Below, in pieces: positions 58,897 to 64,000 of a DNA stretch of 64,000 bases. How positions within the stretch are numbered: the stretch's first letter is position 1; each line of letters opens with the position of its first letter. The notes under the pieces were generated by a model. The model made no database searches and was not told the origin of the DNA. It was given only the letters and a program-made list of their open reading frames with translations. The translations under genes were made by a program, and so were the position numbers. This stretch comes from Actinomycetota bacterium (GTDB lineage Bacteria; Actinomycetota; Coriobacteriia; Anaerosomatales; JAUXNU01): positions 9,909 to 73,908 of the forward strand of contig JAUXNU010000045.1 in the NCBI GenBank assembly GCA_030682655.1, given 5' to 3'.

Positions 58897-60146
58897 TCCC
58901 TGATCTGTCCGCTCCCCATAAGGACGAACTTCGTCGACGTCAGCGCATCGAGTCCCATCGGGCCGCGCGCGTGAAGCTTCTGGGTCGAGATTCCGATCTC
59001 AGCACCCATGCCGAACTCGCCGCCATCCGTGAAACGTGTCGAAGCGTTCACGTAGACCGCTGCAGCGTCAACCTCGCGCAGAAAGCGCTGGGCTGCCGAG
59101 TAGTCCCCGGTGACTATCGCTTCACTGTGCTTCGTGCCGTACTTGTTCACATGGTTGATGGCCTCGTCGAGTCCCGACACGACCTTCACGGCTATCTTGA
59201 GGTCGAGATACTCCGTCGCCCAGTCCTCCTCGGTCGCAGGCTCTACGCGCATCACGGCCCCGAGCGATCGAGCCGCCTCGTCAGCGTGGATCTTGACGCC
59301 CTTCTCCTCTAGCTCCCTCAGGATGGGCGGCAGCACCTGCTGGTAGATCTCCTCGTCGATCAGCAGCGACTCTGCCGCGTTGCACACTCCCGGACGCTGC
59401 GTCTTGGCGTTGACGACGATGCGCCGCGCCATCTCCGGATCGGCCGCGCTGTGAATGTAGACGTGACAGTTGCCAACACCGGTCTCGATCACCGGGACCT
59501 TCGCGTTCTGCACCACGCTTTGGATAAGACCCGCCCCGCCCCGGGGAATGAGCACGTCAATGTATCCGTGCAGCCCCATGAGCTCCTCGGCGGCCTCACG
59601 CTCGGTCGATTCGACGGACTGGATGCAACCATCGGGCATCCCCGCTGCCGTCGCCGAGTTGGCGAGCACGCGCGTGAGCGCAAGGCAGCTCTGGATCGCG
59701 AGGGACCCACCGCGCAGGATCACCGCATTCGCGGTCTTGATGCACAATCCGGCAGCATCGACGGTCACGTTCGGACGCGCCTCGAAGATCATCGCCACCA
59801 CGCCGAGGGGCACGCGGACCTGTGTGAGCTGGATGCCATTGGGGAGCGTATGTCCCTCCACGACCTCGCCGATGGGATCGGGCAGCAGCGAGAGCGCCTT
59901 GAGCGCCTCCGACATCGACTTGATACGTGCCGGGTTCAACTCGAGGCGATCGAGGAGCGGCGCCGGGGTGTTCTTGGCCCGCGCTGCCTCCATATCGCGC
60001 CCGTTGGCGGCCAGAATCTCATCCTGGTTGTGAGTCAGCGCGTGCGACATGGCCAAGAGTGCGCGATTGCGCTGCTCCGAGGAGGTAGTCCCCAGTCGCT
60101 GCGCCGCCTCCCGCGCTCTCGTCGCCAGCGTCAAGACTTCCGACAT
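58893..60146 (-). CDS. proA: Glutamate-5-semialdehyde dehydrogenase
   Basis: ILAANGRDM, VILRGGSLA, catalytic Cys context GVCNAAESLL, HSEAIVT. Confidence 0.93.
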   Translation of the reverse strand: MSEVLTLATRAREAAQRLGTTSSEQRNRALLAMSHALTHNQDEILAANGRDMEAARAKNTPAPLLDRLELNPARIKSMSEALKALSLLPDPIGEVVEGHTLPNGIQLTQVRVPLGVVAMIFEARPNVTVDAAGLCIKTANAVILRGGSLAIQSCLALTRVLANSATAAGMPDGCIQSVESTEREAAEELMGLHGYIDVLIPRGGAGLIQSVVQNAKVPVIETGVGNCHVYIHSAADPEMARRIVVNAKTQRPGVCNAAESLLIDEEIYQQVLPPILRELEEKGVKIHADEAARSLGAVMRVEPATEEDWATEYLDLKIAVKVVSGLDEAINHVNKYGTKHSEAIVTGDYSAAQRFLREVDAAAVYVNASTRFTDGGEFGMGAEIGISTQKLHARGPMGLDALTSTKFVLMGSGQIRE

Positions 60147-60184
60147 CGCAATCCCCTATCCGCGTTGCGTACGTGCAGGTCCGT

Positions 60185-62972
<2,788 letters not shown>

Positions 62973-63027
62973 GACTCGCTACCTGCTTTCGTGAAAAACG
63001 GGGACGCCGGGCCTTACCCTCGTCCGA

Positions 63028-63588
63028 CTACCCTTCGTACTTCTTGGCGTGAACGCCGCAGTACTTGGAGCCTTCCTTCGCCTTGTTGGCGCAGCGCTCG
63101 CCGCTGGCCTTCACGGCGGCGCACTGACTCTCAGCGACCTCAGTCAGGGCCAGCTTCTCGGCGGTCTTGGGCGCGGCCTCTACCTTGGGGGCCTTCTCGA
63201 CCTTGGGAGCGACCTCTGCCTTCGGTGCGGCCTTGGACGGCGCCTTGTGAACAGCCTTCGCGACCCTCGTGCCTCCGCCAGCAGCGACGATGTCCGTCAC
63301 CAAGATGCGGGTCTGCTGCTGCCGGTGGCCCTTCAGACGCTTGTAGCCCTTGCGTTTCTTGAACTTGAACACTACCGCCTTCTCGCCCTTGAAGTGCTCG
63401 ACGACCTCGGCGGTCACAGTTGCAGCGGTCAGTGCAGCAGGATCGGTGGTGATCTCATCACCATCGGCCACGAATAGGACGTCAAGAGCAACGGTATCGC
63501 CGACTTCTGCATCGATCTTCTCGACAACGGCGACGGTGCCCTTTTCGACCTTGAGCTGCTTTCCGCCGGTAGAAACCACAGCGTACAT
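63028..63588 (-). CDS. rplU: 50S ribosomal protein L21 with ~85-aa C-terminal extension
   Basis: MYAVVSTGGKQLKVEKG..VVFKFKKRKGYKRLKGHRQQQTRILV is the L21 core. It is followed by AP/K-rich repeats and a terminal Cys/His motif. Confidence 0.9.
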   Translation of the reverse strand: MYAVVSTGGKQLKVEKGTVAVVEKIDAEVGDTVALDVLFVADGDEITTDPAALTAATVTAEVVEHFKGEKAVVFKFKKRKGYKRLKGHRQQQTRILVTDIVAAGGGTRVAKAVHKAPSKAAPKAEVAPKVEKAPKVEAAPKTAEKLALTEVAESQCAAVKASGERCANKAKEGSKYCGVHAKKYEG

Positions 63589-63656
63589 CTGGAAACCTCT
63601 CACTCGCGTGTGTGCGCAAGGGGGTACTCTAGCATACGGCCTGACCAGCGTCAACG

Positions 63657-64000
63657 CTATTCGAACGCGCGTTGGACAGCTCCTGCCCTACCCTCGATGA
63701 GCACTCGCACCTCGGTGGGACCACACTCTCCATCGGCCACAATGGCGACTTGCCTGCCAGTCGACGATCTGAGCGCAGCGATGACGTTCTGACCTGGGGC
63801 CATGACGAACTCGTAGGTCTCGGGATTGAGGCCGAATAGATACGCGGGCGACTTGCCCGCGGCAAGAATCTCACGCATCCGGCGTTCGACTGCGATCTTG
63901 CGTGTGGTTGTCGAAAGCACCCTGCCCTCCCCGGCACAACAGGGACAAGGTTCTGTCAGGATGCCGTAGAGCCCGTCCGTCACATTCTTCCGGGTCATCT
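63657..64000 (-). CDS. Ribonuclease E/G family protein, C-terminal part (continues beyond the window)
   Basis: ..LTEPCPCCAGEGRVLS is the CPxCxGxG zinc-link motif typical of RNase E/G. The ORF is open to the window edge. Confidence 0.75.
   Translation of the reverse strand, partial: MTRKNVTDGLYGILTEPCPCCAGEGRVLSTTTRKIAVERRMREILAAGKSPAYLFGLNPETYEFVMAPGQNVIAALRSSTGRQVAIVADGECGPTEVRVLIEGRAGAVQRAFE

Overview
High-GC Gram-positive-type chromosome segment, probably Actinomycetota-like. Nearly all genes lie on the minus strand. I can support about 55 protein genes, 3 tRNAs, one TPP riboswitch, one CIRCE operator and a few hairpins.

The backbone is a housekeeping block: sigA/rpoD, dnaG, PDRP, glyS, glyQ, recO, era, cdd, dgkA, ybeY, pgpH, phoH, mtaB, rsmE, dnaJ, hrcA, hemW, lepA, rpsT, holA, comEC, comEA, then rsfS, yqeK, nadD, then obg, rpmA, rplU, rne. 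As far as I recall, this order is collinear with the Bacillus yqe/yqf region. Local insertions include hppA, dgt, ppdK, deoC, leuS, the thiMECD operon and proBA.

Two accessory insertions sit at tRNA genes.
1. At the left edge, a tyrosine integrase abuts the 3' end of tRNA-Met. The body of that element lies outside the window.
2. At 41.3-50.9 kb there is a ~9.6 kb island with no integrase, at the 3' end of tRNA-Ala(GGC). It is bounded by 73-bp imperfect direct repeats that include the last 13 nt of the tRNA.

The island carries only defence-type cargo:
- an Mrr-like nuclease, translationally coupled to a 1148-aa single-chain Type IIG-like nuclease/N6-adenine methyltransferase;
- an untracked 45-aa zinc-ribbon ORF;
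- two paralogous, divergently oriented two-gene modules.

Each module pairs a nuclease-fold/wHTH/AbiEi-like-C-domain protein with a minimal GS-x-D-x-D nucleotidyltransferase. Each is fronted by nested TTTCAC/GTGAAA inverted repeats overlapping the start codon. These twin modules are my best candidate for an undescribed system.

All homology statements come from motif recognition by eye. No database search was run.
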